A stretch of DNA of 64,000 nucleotides from Nitrospira sp. (GTDB lineage: Bacteria; Nitrospirota; Nitrospiria; Nitrospirales; Nitrospiraceae), in contig AP038806.1 of NCBI GenBank assembly GCA_047150005.1, forward strand, positions 1,856,001 to 1,920,000, given 5' to 3'. Each line of letters opens with the position of its first letter. The stretch's first letter is position 1. Both the position numbers and the translations under genes were made by a program. Shown here in pieces: positions 20,451 through 30,815 of the stretch. Under the pieces are notes generated by a model. The model was given only the letters and a program-made list of their open reading frames with translations. It did not search any database and had not been told where the DNA came from.

Positions 20451-21128
20451 ATGATCGACATCGCTCATGTGTCTATGCGGCTGACGGCCGGAGGGAGACC
20501 GGTCAATATTCTTCATGATGTGACGCTGGACATTCCGACCAAGCAGATGGTGGCGATCGTCGGGCCATCGGGGAGCGGAAAGTCCACACTGCTGGGGCTC
20601 ATTGCGGGGTTGGACCGGCCGACTTCGGGAACGATTCGGCTCAACGGCCTGGATATCACCCGTATGAGAGAGGGGGAACTCGCGAAGTATCGACGTGCGC
20701 AGATCGGCTATATTTTTCAATCCTTTCACCTAATTCCCACCCTGACGGCGTTGGAAAATGTGCTGGTGCCGTTGGAGCTTGCCGGCGCGTCGGCTGCCGG
20801 GGAGCGGGCGGCCGAGTTATTGTCCGCAGTGGGCCTAGGCGATCGACTCCATCATTATCCCGTGCAGTTGTCGGGGGGCGAACAGCAACGGGTGGCCGTC
20901 GCCAGGGCATATGCCTGTCGGCCGGCCGCCCTGTTGGCCGACGAACCGACCGGGAATTTGGATTCAACGACCGGACAACACGTCATGGATCTGCTGCTCG
21001 CGCTCCAACGGGACCACGGGACCACCTTGGTCCTGGTCACGCATGATCCCTCCATCGCGTCCTTGATGCAGCGCGTCATCACCTTGCGCGATGGACACGT
21101 GGAATCCGACGAAATCAACACCCGATGA
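20451..21128 (+). CDS. ybbA: ABC transporter ATP-binding protein (YbbA-like)
   Basis: GPSGSGKST, LSGGEQQR, LADEPTGNLD; tesA-ybbA-ybbP context. Confidence 0.85.
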   Translation: MIDIAHVSMRLTAGGRPVNILHDVTLDIPTKQMVAIVGPSGSGKSTLLGLIAGLDRPTSGTIRLNGLDITRMREGELAKYRRAQIGYIFQSFHLIPTLTALENVLVPLELAGASAAGERAAELLSAVGLGDRLHHYPVQLSGGEQQRVAVARAYACRPAALLADEPTGNLDSTTGQHVMDLLLALQRDHGTTLVLVTHDPSIASLMQRVITLRDGHVESDEINTR

Positions 21129-21218
21129 CAGCGCGGTCGGATTCATGGTCCGGTGCACCGACGCACCGTCGTCGTGAACACGAAATGGTGTTGACTGGAG
21201 AGGAACGGGTGAGCTCCG

Positions 21219-23882
21219 ATGTTTGAACTCCGAATGGCCTGGCGAGAAACCCGAGGCGCGTGGCGTCATTTTGCGTATTTTTTCGTCTGCATCGCGGTTG
21301 GTGTCGGAGCCTTGGTCGCCGTGGGCCTCTTCGCCGATCACGTGAACCGCGCGGTTACCAAGGAGGCCCGGGGACTTCTCGGAGGCGACATCGAGATCCG
21401 TTCGTCCCATCGGCTCACGGACGGCGGAGAGCGACTGCTGGCCGACTTGGCTGAACGACGGATCGCGACCACGCACGTGAGTGAGTTGGTGGCCATGGCC
21501 GTACGTCAGTCGCCTACGGCCGGGGCGACATCACAAACGACCCAAATCGTCGAACTGAAGGCCGTCGAGGCAGCCTATCCGTTTTACGGCACGTTGAAAC
21601 TGGAGCCCGCTCAGCCGTTGGACCGGCTGCTCCATCCGGATCGGGAGACCTGCGGGCGATCGGCCTGTTTGGGCGCGGTGGTTCAGGAGACGTTGCTGCT
21701 CCGCATGGGCCTTGCCGTGGGGGAGCGGTTGAAGATCGGACAGGCCGTGTTCCTCATCACCGGCATCGTGCGTGTTGAACCGGATCGTATGGCGAACGCG
21801 TTCAGCCTCGGCCCGCGGGTCATCATTTCCCGGCAAGGGTTGGAGACGGCGGACCTGATCAAGCGGGGAAGCCGCGTGCGCGAACGTCATCTGTTGAAAG
21901 TGCCCGAGGGTATCGAGCTGGAACCGCTCCTCGCCGAACTGCGAGCGCGCCTCAAGACCGAGTCCGTACGCGTGAGCAGCTATCGGGAAGCCCAGCCCCA
22001 ACTGAAGCAGTTTCTTTCGCAACTGTCGCGGTATCTGGGCCTCATCGGTCTGACCGCGTTGTTCATCGGCGGTGTGGGGGTGGCGATGTCAATCCGAGCC
22101 TTCATTCGCGAGAAGCTCAAGACCATCGCGATTCTGAAGTCGCTCGGAGCCGACTCAGCTGGTGTCGTGAGGATCTATCTGCTGCAGGCCCTGGGCTTGG
22201 GATTGCTTGGCAGCCTCGCCGGGATGGCGGCCGGACACGTGCTGCAGGTCGTGCTCCCGCCTTTGTTGAGCACTGCCGTGGCATCCGAGGTTCTCGAGCA
22301 ACTCGGGGTATCGACCGGGCTGTCCGTCAGGTCCATCGTCCCCTTGGTCAAGGGAGGGCTTCTGGGTCTGCTGGCGACGGTCCTCTTTGCGGCATGGCCG
22401 CTGCTGACCATCAGGGAAATCAAACCGGCTGTCATCCTGCGACAAGACGTGGAGACGAAGGAGGATGCCGAGCGATCCGTACGAGCGACCGGCGTTGTCG
22501 GCTGGATCATGAGAGAGCGACTGAAGGTGTTCACAGCCGCGACGTTGGGAGCCGGATTGGGAGGTCTTGCAATCTGGCAGGCCGGGAGCTGGAAAGTCGG
22601 CCTCTTGTTCATCGGCGGATTGGCATTGGCCGTGGCGTTGTTGTTTCTGGCGGCGAAGAGCGTGCTCTATTGGCTCACGCGTCTGCCCAGGCCCGGCTCG
22701 GTCTGCCTGCGCTATGCCGTCGGAAACGTGACGCGCCCGGGTGGCGATAGTGCGGGCATTCTGATCGCCATCGGTCTGAGCGTCACGATCATCGTCACCG
22801 TGTCGCTCATCGAGAAGGCACTGGTTCGGGAAGTGGGCGAGGCCCGACCGAACGACGCCCCGACCTTCTTTTTTATCGACATTCAGCCGGACCAGACGGA
22901 GGGATTCGTGCGGCTTGTGGAAAAGCAGACAGGCGGCTCGAAACCTGACCTGACACCGCTGGTACGATCCCGGCTTCATCGCGTCGGCCGAGAGGCGGTC
23001 ACGGTCGACGAGGTGCAGGAGCAGGACGAAGGGCGCGACGAAACCAAGGAGGAGCGGCGAAGGCAATGGTATGTCTCGCGCGAATATGCGCTGACCTATC
23101 TGGAACAACTGCCGAAGGGCAATGAGATCGTTCGAGGACGATGGTGGACGGCGGGGCAGACCTTCTCCAAACCCTTGGTGTCGATCGAGGAAGAAGCCGC
23201 CAAGGCGATGGGATTGGATATCGGTTCGTCGGTGGAATTCGATATTCAAGGCACCACCGTGGCCGCCGAAGTCTCCAGTATTCGGAAGGTGGACTGGGGG
23301 ACCTTCTCGACGAATTTCTACATGATTTTGTCGCCGGGGTCGTTGGACGGGGCGCCTCTGACCTATGTGGGCACGATACATGTAGCGGCAGCACAGGAAA
23401 TTCCGCTGCAGCAAGCAGTCGTGGCGGCCTTCCCCAACATGAGCGCCATTCATGTCGGCGATGTGCTGGACAATTTCGGGCGTGTGTTGGACCGGTTGTC
23501 GCTGGCGATCCGAGCTGTGGCGTTGTTTTGCCTCGTCTCGGGTGCACTGGTGATGGCGGCGGCATTGGCGACGACAAGATATCGACGACTCTATGAAGCG
23601 GTGATTCTCAAGGCACTGGGAGCGACGAGAGCCTTACTGGCCGGGACGTTCGCCATCGAATATCTCCTGCTCGGATTGGTCGGCGGGGCCGTCGCGGTCT
23701 GGCTATCGAGCGCCTTGTCGTGGCTGATCCTGACCTATGTGTTCGAGTTGTCCTGGAGCCTGCATTGGGGCGTGCTCCTCCTGGGCGTGCTGCTCACCAT
23801 GATGCTGACCTTGAGCGTCGGGTTTCTCAGCACTTTTCGCATGTTGGGAGAACGGCCACTCTCCATCCTGCGGCACGAGTGA
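21219..23882 (+). CDS. ybbP: ABC transporter permease (YbbP-like, two FtsX domains)
   Basis: AWRETR, LLGGD, PTFFFIDIQPDQ, multiple TM segments. Confidence 0.85.
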   Translation: MFELRMAWRETRGAWRHFAYFFVCIAVGVGALVAVGLFADHVNRAVTKEARGLLGGDIEIRSSHRLTDGGERLLADLAERRIATTHVSELVAMAVRQSPTAGATSQTTQIVELKAVEAAYPFYGTLKLEPAQPLDRLLHPDRETCGRSACLGAVVQETLLLRMGLAVGERLKIGQAVFLITGIVRVEPDRMANAFSLGPRVIISRQGLETADLIKRGSRVRERHLLKVPEGIELEPLLAELRARLKTESVRVSSYREAQPQLKQFLSQLSRYLGLIGLTALFIGGVGVAMSIRAFIREKLKTIAILKSLGADSAGVVRIYLLQALGLGLLGSLAGMAAGHVLQVVLPPLLSTAVASEVLEQLGVSTGLSVRSIVPLVKGGLLGLLATVLFAAWPLLTIREIKPAVILRQDVETKEDAERSVRATGVVGWIMRERLKVFTAATLGAGLGGLAIWQAGSWKVGLLFIGGLALAVALLFLAAKSVLYWLTRLPRPGSVCLRYAVGNVTRPGGDSAGILIAIGLSVTIIVTVSLIEKALVREVGEARPNDAPTFFFIDIQPDQTEGFVRLVEKQTGGSKPDLTPLVRSRLHRVGREAVTVDEVQEQDEGRDETKEERRRQWYVSREYALTYLEQLPKGNEIVRGRWWTAGQTFSKPLVSIEEEAAKAMGLDIGSSVEFDIQGTTVAAEVSSIRKVDWGTFSTNFYMILSPGSLDGAPLTYVGTIHVAAAQEIPLQQAVVAAFPNMSAIHVGDVLDNFGRVLDRLSLAIRAVALFCLVSGALVMAAALATTRYRRLYEAVILKALGATRALLAGTFAIEYLLLGLVGGAVAVWLSSALSWLILTYVFELSWSLHWGVLLLGVLLTMMLTLSVGFLSTFRMLGERPLSILRHE

Positions 23883-23941
23883 GGTGGACGCGGAGTTGCT
23901 ATCAAGTCGACGCCCCGATTCATGGTCAAGGCGGTAGGGCA

Positions 23942-26719
23942 TCAAGGGGATTGGGACGCGATTCCTCTTTGGCTGTGCACCGTCAGATAGTCAGTGAGCG
24001 CCGTTTCGTTTCGTTCTTTGAAATTCACGGTGATGCGAAGCTGTTCCAAATACTGTTCCAAGGTCTTTCCCCCCAGATCGATCTTTCGCGAGGAAAAGAA
24101 AGCCCTGACGTCGGCCTCGAGCGCCGGGGTTGCGAGCGCGGTGATGCCTCCGCACATGCGGCGAAGGCCTTGCTTGGGAAACTCACGGTCCATCCGGTCC
24201 CAATGGGTCTTCACGAAGCTCCATCCGAGCTCCTTGCCGTAGACGTTTCCCATGACGGCGCTGACGATCGCAGGGGCATCCTGGAGTCGGATGTGTCCGT
24301 TGAGCGTGCGTTCCAGCGTCTTCTCCAGCAATTCAGGCTGACGGAAGGCGGTCAGGGAGAAGAGGTAGCGGCGTTCTTCCTGGGGCGTCTTGGCCGTCCG
24401 AAACCGTTCCGCAAACTCGGCGTATCGTGCTTCGTCGCCGGTAAACGCCAGGATGGACACCAGCGCCGGGAGGAGATTGGGATCGACGGCGACCGGATCC
24501 TGCTTGGCCGTCTCGTACAACTCCGCGGCACGCGTTTGGGTCACCGGGTCGTTGCCGAGGCGGCCCATCGCCGCAACCAGTTCGCTGCGCAGTTGCCGGA
24601 GCAGCTCGTCCTCGCCCGGCTCCGCCGTCCATCCGACGGCTGAGAATGCGGGGTGCACCCGTCGTCGGACGAACGCTTGGAGGGCCGGGCGCTGTTCCGG
24701 CTCAATGAGGCGGTTGAGGAAGGCGAATGACTCGAGAAGGATGGCCCACACGTTCTTGTCGCGATCCTCCGAAAAGCCGGACGTCAGGTCGAGATAGTCG
24801 GCTAGCGAAGTGAGGCCGGCGACCGTGGTGGCCCATGAGTCGTTCATGAGATTGAAGCGTTCGGTCGCGGCCAGCCCAGCCATGCCGGCCGCAAGGAGTT
24901 TGCCGCGCAGCACGGGACCGTACCGTACCCGGTAGAAGCCGTGGCCGCCTTCGTTGACGAGCACGGATTCCGGCGCCGTCGCTATCGGTAGGTGCGTGTC
25001 CTGTCCGGTGATGAGGAGTCTCACTGTTTCGCTCTTGCCCTCTGATCGCACGCGAAGCTGGATCGGCACGTGCCAGCTTGATGAAACAGACGATGAGGAG
25101 CGGGAGTCGGGCGGTAGGTAGGTAAACCGTTCCTGTTTGAGCGTCAGGGTCGTCTCGCCGCTGAGTTCGGCGGTGACCAGAGGATATCCGGGCTGAAAAA
25201 TCCAACCGTTCATCATCGCCGGTACAGGGTGTTTCGCGGCGTTCCCCAGGGCCACCCACAAGTCGTTGGTGTCCGCGTTGCCGTATGCGTGTCGCCGGAG
25301 GTAGTCGCGGACGCCGCTGCGAAACACGTCGGGGCCGATATGTTGTTCGAGCATCCGGAGGACCGAGGCACCCTTTTCATACGTCAGGACGTCGAACATG
25401 GCATCCGCGTCCTTGGGCGCGCGAACGGGATATTCGACGGGTCTGGTGCTAAGCAAGCCGTCGACGGACAGGGCGGCGGCCCTGGAAATACAGAACGTCT
25501 CCCAGCGCTTCCATTGCGGCTTCCACGCGTCGACCGCCAGCATTTCCATAAACGTGGCGAAGGCTTCATTGAGCCAGAGACCATTCCACCAGGCCATCGT
25601 CACGAGATCGCCGAACCACATGTGGGCGTTCTCGTGGGCGACCACGTCGGCGATGCGCTCCAACTCTCCGTGCGTCCCGTGGCGTTGATCGACGAGCAAC
25701 GCGGTCTCACGAAAGGTGATGGCACCGAGATTTTCCATAGCCCCCGACGCGAAGTCCGGAATGGCGAGCAGGTCCAGTTTGTCTCCTGGATAAGGAATGC
25801 CGTAATACTCCTCGAAGAACTTGAGCGAGGCGGTGGCGATGTTCTGGCCGAACGAGGCGAGATCCTGTTTGCCCGGCACGCACCATACGCGAATAGGCGT
25901 CTTTCCGACGAACGTCGGGGCAGTGGACTCGATGTGTCCGACCACGAACGCGACCAGATATGTCGACATGTTGATCGTGTCGGCGAATCGAACCACCTTC
26001 TTGCCCCGTTCCAGGGTTTCAGACTCGACCCGGCTGTTCGACACGGCGGCCATCGCGGGGTCGACGACCAAGGTGACGGCGAAGACCGCCTTGAAGTCCG
26101 GTTCATCCCAACAGGGGAAACCCCGTCTGGCATCGGTCGCTTCGTATTGGGTGGCCGCCAGAGTCCTGATCTTGCCCGAGGCGTCCGTATAGGTGCTGCG
26201 ATAGAAGCCTCGAAGTTTGTCGTTGAGTGTGCCCCGGAACGACATATGTAACTGCCATTGCCCAGGGGTGATCTCCACGGGAAAGGTCAACCGACAGCGC
26301 TCCAGCGGCTCCTCCGACTCGATCGCACCGTCCAATCGTTCGCCCCGCGGCCCTTCCACCTGCGCGCGTTCAATGACGAGGTCCGCGGCGTTCAAGAGCA
26401 TCGAGGTCATGGGTTCCAGGACCGACAGCGTGACGGTTTCATGACCGTGAAACGCGGCTGCGGTCAAATCCGGCTCGAGGCGCAAGTCGTACCTGACGGG
26501 CACGACATGGCGCGGCAGTCGATAGGGGTCAGCGCCGCCGGTCGGCGTCTCATGGCTCATGGTGTTCTCCTTTGGCGGTGCCGTCTCGGTCGGACCGTCG
26601 GCTCGTACGGACAACGGGCGCAGGCTCGACGTGAGCGCAGCGGTGAACAGAACGGAACCCGTCCGGCTGATGATACGGAACAGACCTCGTCGACCGACGA
26701 GATCACGGCCTTGTGGCAT
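23942..26719 (-). CDS. M1 family aminopeptidase (alternative start at 26560)
   Basis: YRLP, TQYEATDARR.FPCWDEP, GAMEN, HENAH..WLNE, YEKG. Confidence 0.93.
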   Translation of the reverse strand: MPQGRDLVGRRGLFRIISRTGSVLFTAALTSSLRPLSVRADGPTETAPPKENTMSHETPTGGADPYRLPRHVVPVRYDLRLEPDLTAAAFHGHETVTLSVLEPMTSMLLNAADLVIERAQVEGPRGERLDGAIESEEPLERCRLTFPVEITPGQWQLHMSFRGTLNDKLRGFYRSTYTDASGKIRTLAATQYEATDARRGFPCWDEPDFKAVFAVTLVVDPAMAAVSNSRVESETLERGKKVVRFADTINMSTYLVAFVVGHIESTAPTFVGKTPIRVWCVPGKQDLASFGQNIATASLKFFEEYYGIPYPGDKLDLLAIPDFASGAMENLGAITFRETALLVDQRHGTHGELERIADVVAHENAHMWFGDLVTMAWWNGLWLNEAFATFMEMLAVDAWKPQWKRWETFCISRAAALSVDGLLSTRPVEYPVRAPKDADAMFDVLTYEKGASVLRMLEQHIGPDVFRSGVRDYLRRHAYGNADTNDLWVALGNAAKHPVPAMMNGWIFQPGYPLVTAELSGETTLTLKQERFTYLPPDSRSSSSVSSSWHVPIQLRVRSEGKSETVRLLITGQDTHLPIATAPESVLVNEGGHGFYRVRYGPVLRGKLLAAGMAGLAATERFNLMNDSWATTVAGLTSLADYLDLTSGFSEDRDKNVWAILLESFAFLNRLIEPEQRPALQAFVRRRVHPAFSAVGWTAEPGEDELLRQLRSELVAAMGRLGNDPVTQTRAAELYETAKQDPVAVDPNLLPALVSILAFTGDEARYAEFAERFRTAKTPQEERRYLFSLTAFRQPELLEKTLERTLNGHIRLQDAPAIVSAVMGNVYGKELGWSFVKTHWDRMDREFPKQGLRRMCGGITALATPALEADVRAFFSSRKIDLGGKTLEQYLEQLRITVNFKERNETALTDYLTVHSQRGIASQSP

Positions 26720-27401
26720 GGTATGTTTCGACGCCCTGTGGGGTGCCGACGATCAAGACATCCGTGCGGTCGACGAACAGGCCGGTGTCGACGATTCCCG
26801 GGATGCAGTGCAGGGCCGCTTCGAGGTCGCGCGGATCGTCGATTTGGGCCATATGGACATCCACGATCAGATTCCCGGATTCCGTTCGAAAGGGCGATCC
26901 GGCTTGTTCCCGCAGGATTACGCGGCTGCGTGTGAGTGCTTCGATCGTGCGCGCGGTATTGTGCCACCCGAACGGAACGATTTCGATGGGCAGCGGAAAG
27001 GTCTTTCCCAAGACCGGCACTCGTTTGGTGTAATCGATCAGCACGATAAACTGCTTTGCCAAGGCCGCGACGATCTTCTCCTTCAACAGAGCCCCTCCCC
27101 CTCCCTTGATCAAGTTGAACGAGGGATCGACCTGGTCTGCGCCGTCGACGGCGACGTCGATGGGCCAATGGTCGTTCTCGTCGAGTAAGGTAATGCCCGA
27201 TCGGTCGGCAAGCACGGCCGTCTCACGGGAGGTCGGCACCGCGCGCAGTTTCATGCCGGATGCCGCTTTCGCACCCAACGCGATGACGAATTCTTTGGCG
27301 GTGGATCCCGTGCCGAGACCCACGACCATGCCGTCCTTCACATAGTCCAGCGCCTTCAAGGCGGCGGAACGCTTCAACAAGCCGAGATCGGTACCGCTCA
27401 T
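26703..27401 (-). CDS. rpiA: Ribose-5-phosphate isomerase A
   Basis: GLGTGST, DGADQVD, IKGGGGALLKEKIVA. Confidence 0.95.
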   Translation of the reverse strand: MSGTDLGLLKRSAALKALDYVKDGMVVGLGTGSTAKEFVIALGAKAASGMKLRAVPTSRETAVLADRSGITLLDENDHWPIDVAVDGADQVDPSFNLIKGGGGALLKEKIVAALAKQFIVLIDYTKRVPVLGKTFPLPIEIVPFGWHNTARTIEALTRSRVILREQAGSPFRTESGNLIVDVHMAQIDDPRDLEAALHCIPGIVDTGLFVDRTDVLIVGTPQGVETYHATRP

Positions 27402-28462
27402 GATTGGGCCAACCGTGCCGCGGTGGCGGCGGCACCGATGAGACCGGTCCGATCGTTGAGCACGATGTAGACGGGAATGGTACTCATCAGACGCTTGTAG
27501 CGTCCTTTGTTCGAAAAGGCGCGCATGAAGGTGCCATCGGTAAGCTTCGGCAGGAGTTTGGGTGCGATGCCGCCTCCAACATAGACGCCGTTGAGCGCCA
27601 TGGCTTTCAACGCCAGGTTTCCCGCTTCGGCGCCGAATATCGACGCAAACATGTCCAGGGTCTGCTTGGCGATCTCCGCCTGTCCCTTCAAGCCGGCGGC
27701 GGCGATTTCCGCGGCGGGGTCGCCGGCCGCGATCTTCTCCGCCAGCCAAGTCGGCTCGTTTCTTTTGGTATCACGCAGATACTCATAGATCGTATGGATA
27801 CCCGGGCCGGATACCACGCGCTCGTAACTCACGTGCAGATAGTGACTTCGCACGTGCCGCAGCAATTCGATTTCGTTGTCGTTATTGGGTGCGAAATCGG
27901 CGTGGCCTCCCTCCGAGGGCATGGGCCGGTACCGGGTTCCGTCCCAGAAGAGAATGGATTCTCCCAGCCCAGTTCCTGCTGCGATCAGAGCGATCGCTTG
28001 ACGGTGGGTGGGAGGGATTCCGGCATTGAGGGTGTGGAGCTCTTCCGGGCGAAGGAGCAGAATGCCATGGGCGGTTGCCTCCAGGTCGTTCAGCAGCCGG
28101 ACGACGGGAATGTCGAAACGTTTGGCCAGTGCTCCTCCATCCAAGACCCAGGGGAGATTGGTCGTGCTGCTGTGGTTCTGAATCACGGGCCCGGCGACCC
28201 CGAAGCAGGCGGCGGCGATACGAGCCGGTTCAGGGAGGGGCGACGGCACGGGTTGCTCACCAGAGGCGGCTGAGGGAGCCTCGGTCTCGTGATGTGCCGT
28301 TGACGGGGTGCGGGGGATGAGGAATTCTTCGAGAATCTCTTCCAGGGATGCGTATTCCTTGCTCGGGAAGGATTCAGTGCGAATCGGTTCGGTACGTTCT
28401 GCCTTCCACTCGAAGAGAGCCAGATGTGTCTTGGTTCCTCCGATATCCCCAGCAAGGATCAT
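27398..28462 (-). CDS. glk: Glucokinase
   Basis: ILAGDIGGT, TNLPW, LLNDLEA, GTGLG, SEGGH, ERVVSGPG. Confidence 0.95.
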   Translation of the reverse strand: MILAGDIGGTKTHLALFEWKAERTEPIRTESFPSKEYASLEEILEEFLIPRTPSTAHHETEAPSAASGEQPVPSPLPEPARIAAACFGVAGPVIQNHSSTTNLPWVLDGGALAKRFDIPVVRLLNDLEATAHGILLLRPEELHTLNAGIPPTHRQAIALIAAGTGLGESILFWDGTRYRPMPSEGGHADFAPNNDNEIELLRHVRSHYLHVSYERVVSGPGIHTIYEYLRDTKRNEPTWLAEKIAAGDPAAEIAAAGLKGQAEIAKQTLDMFASIFGAEAGNLALKAMALNGVYVGGGIAPKLLPKLTDGTFMRAFSNKGRYKRLMSTIPVYIVLNDRTGLIGAAATAARLAQS

Positions 28463-28486
28463 GACGGCCTCTTCAAGCGGGTTTGT

Positions 28487-29245
28487 TCAGCTTCTACGGG
28501 TTGTCAATTCGGATGCGGCCGCTTGGTCCAACATCCAGACCAGACGCCCCTGATCCGGTGTCACCAGAGCGGCCGGCAGTGCGCGATCGGCGGCGTTCTG
28601 CGGTTCCAAGATCCGGCGAACGATCGTGGCCTTCGTCGAGCCGGTGACCAGAAACAGTACCACATTCGCCCGGTTGATCACACCCAGGGTCAGGGTCAGT
28701 CGCAAGGGAACACCCTTTGGAGATTGGCCGACGGCCACAAGCCGATGGGGCTCATGCAGCGCAGCGGTGCCCGGAAACAGCGAGGCTGTATGACCGTCGT
28801 CTCCCAGACCTAACAGCACGAGGTCGAGCTGTGGAATCTCCGGCGCAGTGCAGCCGGTGAGAGTCCGGATTGAACGTTCGTACTCATCAGCGGCGGAGTG
28901 AGCGTCCGGATTCTCGCCTTCCATTCGGTATACCTGCTCGGGATCGATGCCCAACGGGGCAAAGAACGAGGTCCGAGCCATTCCATAATTGCTGTCCGGA
29001 TCGTCGGGACCCACGCACCGCTCGTCACCGAACAGAAAGACGGTGCGGTGCCATTCCATCTGCTGCGCCCCGGTCGATTGGGCCAATGTCTGATAGAGGC
29101 GTTGAGGTGTTGACCCGCCTGACAGCGTGAGGAGGAAGCGGCCGCGGAGTCGGATGACTTGTCGGCCGTGGTCACACAGCAACTCCGCCGTGTCGTTCGC
29201 CCACCGGGCTTCTCGGCTGATCCGTATGTCGGATGGCATAGTCAC
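28487..29245 (-). CDS. pgl: 6-phosphogluconolactonase
   Basis: LSGGSTP, FGDERCV, LLGLGDDGHTASLFP, RLTLT. Confidence 0.93.
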   Translation of the reverse strand: MTMPSDIRISREARWANDTAELLCDHGRQVIRLRGRFLLTLSGGSTPQRLYQTLAQSTGAQQMEWHRTVFLFGDERCVGPDDPDSNYGMARTSFFAPLGIDPEQVYRMEGENPDAHSAADEYERSIRTLTGCTAPEIPQLDLVLLGLGDDGHTASLFPGTAALHEPHRLVAVGQSPKGVPLRLTLTLGVINRANVVLFLVTGSTKATIVRRILEPQNAADRALPAALVTPDQGRLVWMLDQAAASELTTRRS

Positions 29246-29389
29246 GGCACCCCTTACGAGTGGAACGTGCCTGTGACTGCTGACGGAACGATCCCGCGTG
29301 TCGGCGTCACGGCAAGTGGATGGGACTGCGGCGATATCTTTCCAGGTATTTTATGGAGCGAAAAACGGAAAGGCAACGCTACTGATCGG

Positions 29390-30151
29390 TCAGCGTTGAC
29401 GCGTGCGGCGGATGATTGTGGGCATGTCGTTCGTCAGGGACCAGGCGAGGGATTGCGCCTCGCTTTCAGACAGAGTGAGTTCGATGGAGGGAGGCGGTTG
29501 TACATCGGTGCCGGAGGAGAGGGCACGAACCCTGGTATCCAGCCAGTGCCACCAGCGTTTCATGCGAAGAAGTGTCCAACGAACCGGCGCCTGCTCTGCG
29601 GGAGCCACGACCGCCAGCATCAGCGGAGGAGAAAACACCAGTTCATAAGAACCCGGCATGTCCGCCAGAGAAATCGGATCCTGCTCCGCCCCCGACGAGT
29701 CTACTTTGCGCCGGACCACGGCCGGTCGCCCGGTGAGACGAAAGGTACCCGTCATCCTGTCCTGAAATTCCGCGAACCACTCGATGATCCGGAGGCGGTG
29801 GAGCTCCACCCCGCGTGCTTTGAGCACGACAGTCTTGGCCGCGAGATCGATCAGAAGGTACGTCTGCGGGCGGGCAGCCAGTTTGACTTCCTCGGCCAAC
29901 ACTCGTGTTGCTTCGTGCAGCGCGACCGGATTATTGATGTTGACGTCGAGCGGGTTGTCGAACTCGGCGGCCCCTGCAACCTGCACCGTCATGATCCACA
30001 ACGAAAGCGAGAGGAACACGATCGTGTTCCCGCAGGTGCGCAGAGGCGTGTGCGCCCTTCGGACCGGTGGCCGCCGCAGACGTCGCACCGGACCGGTGTA
30101 CGAGGTTGGTTTCGGGCAGGGAACGGATGGGAAGGCCGGGTGGTTCTGCAC
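29390..30151 (-). CDS. Hypothetical exported protein, possible catalytically inactive YkuD-like fold (start uncertain)
   Basis: Last gene of the LDT cluster; residue pattern parallels the neighbouring LDT but lacks His/Cys. Confidence 0.55.
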   Translation of the reverse strand: MQNHPAFPSVPCPKPTSYTGPVRRLRRPPVRRAHTPLRTCGNTIVFLSLSLWIMTVQVAGAAEFDNPLDVNINNPVALHEATRVLAEEVKLAARPQTYLLIDLAAKTVVLKARGVELHRLRIIEWFAEFQDRMTGTFRLTGRPAVVRRKVDSSGAEQDPISLADMPGSYELVFSPPLMLAVVAPAEQAPVRWTLLRMKRWWHWLDTRVRALSSGTDVQPPPSIELTLSESEAQSLAWSLTNDMPTIIRRTRQR

Positions 30152-30155
30152 TCGG

Positions 30156-30815
30156 CTAGAAGATCATGATGGGCGTGCCGACGCGCGCAAGTTGATAGAC
30201 GCTCTTCAAATCGTCGTCGTTCAGTCGGATGCAGCCGTGCGTGACGTTCTTTCCCAGGAGTCTCGGATAGAGCGTGCCGTGGATGAAGTAGCCTTTTCCG
30301 AATCCCAGCGCATATTCGCCAAGCACGCCCGGTTCCATCCGATCGGCCTGACTGACGGGAACGGCCAGGCCTTCTTCGACGAAGGCCCAATCAGGTTTGA
30401 CCCAGACGGGATTCACCAGCTTGGATTGAACATAAAATTCGCCCCGTGGCGTATCGAAGATCCATTGGCCGGCGGCTTCGCCGGGCTTGTCGAGTATCGT
30501 TCCGCTTCCTGTCGAGGCAAGGGCGTCCAACATGACCCGGTCGCGGCGTTTGATGAACAAATGGTTTCTCGCGGTGTCGACGACGATGTACGGACGGTTC
30601 GGAACCAACTGCGCAAGTTGTCTTGTCAAAGACTTGTAACGGGTCTGCAGGGCGAGCAGGGCGGCCGGATCGCTGACGGTCGGGGACTCGTCGGGCTGGC
30701 CGGGCTCGATCCGCGGGGTACTTTGAGCCAGACTCAACAGGAGAAAGGCGACCGCACTTGAGGCGAGGAGCAAGCGACCTTGCTTCATGGGATGCGAACT
30801 ATATTTCACTCGCAT
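30156..30815 (-). CDS. L,D-transpeptidase (YkuD family)
   Basis: DTPRG, YFIHGT...VTHGCIRL catalytic motif. Confidence 0.9.
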   Translation of the reverse strand: MRVKYSSHPMKQGRLLLASSAVAFLLLSLAQSTPRIEPGQPDESPTVSDPAALLALQTRYKSLTRQLAQLVPNRPYIVVDTARNHLFIKRRDRVMLDALASTGSGTILDKPGEAAGQWIFDTPRGEFYVQSKLVNPVWVKPDWAFVEEGLAVPVSQADRMEPGVLGEYALGFGKGYFIHGTLYPRLLGKNVTHGCIRLNDDDLKSVYQLARVGTPIMIF

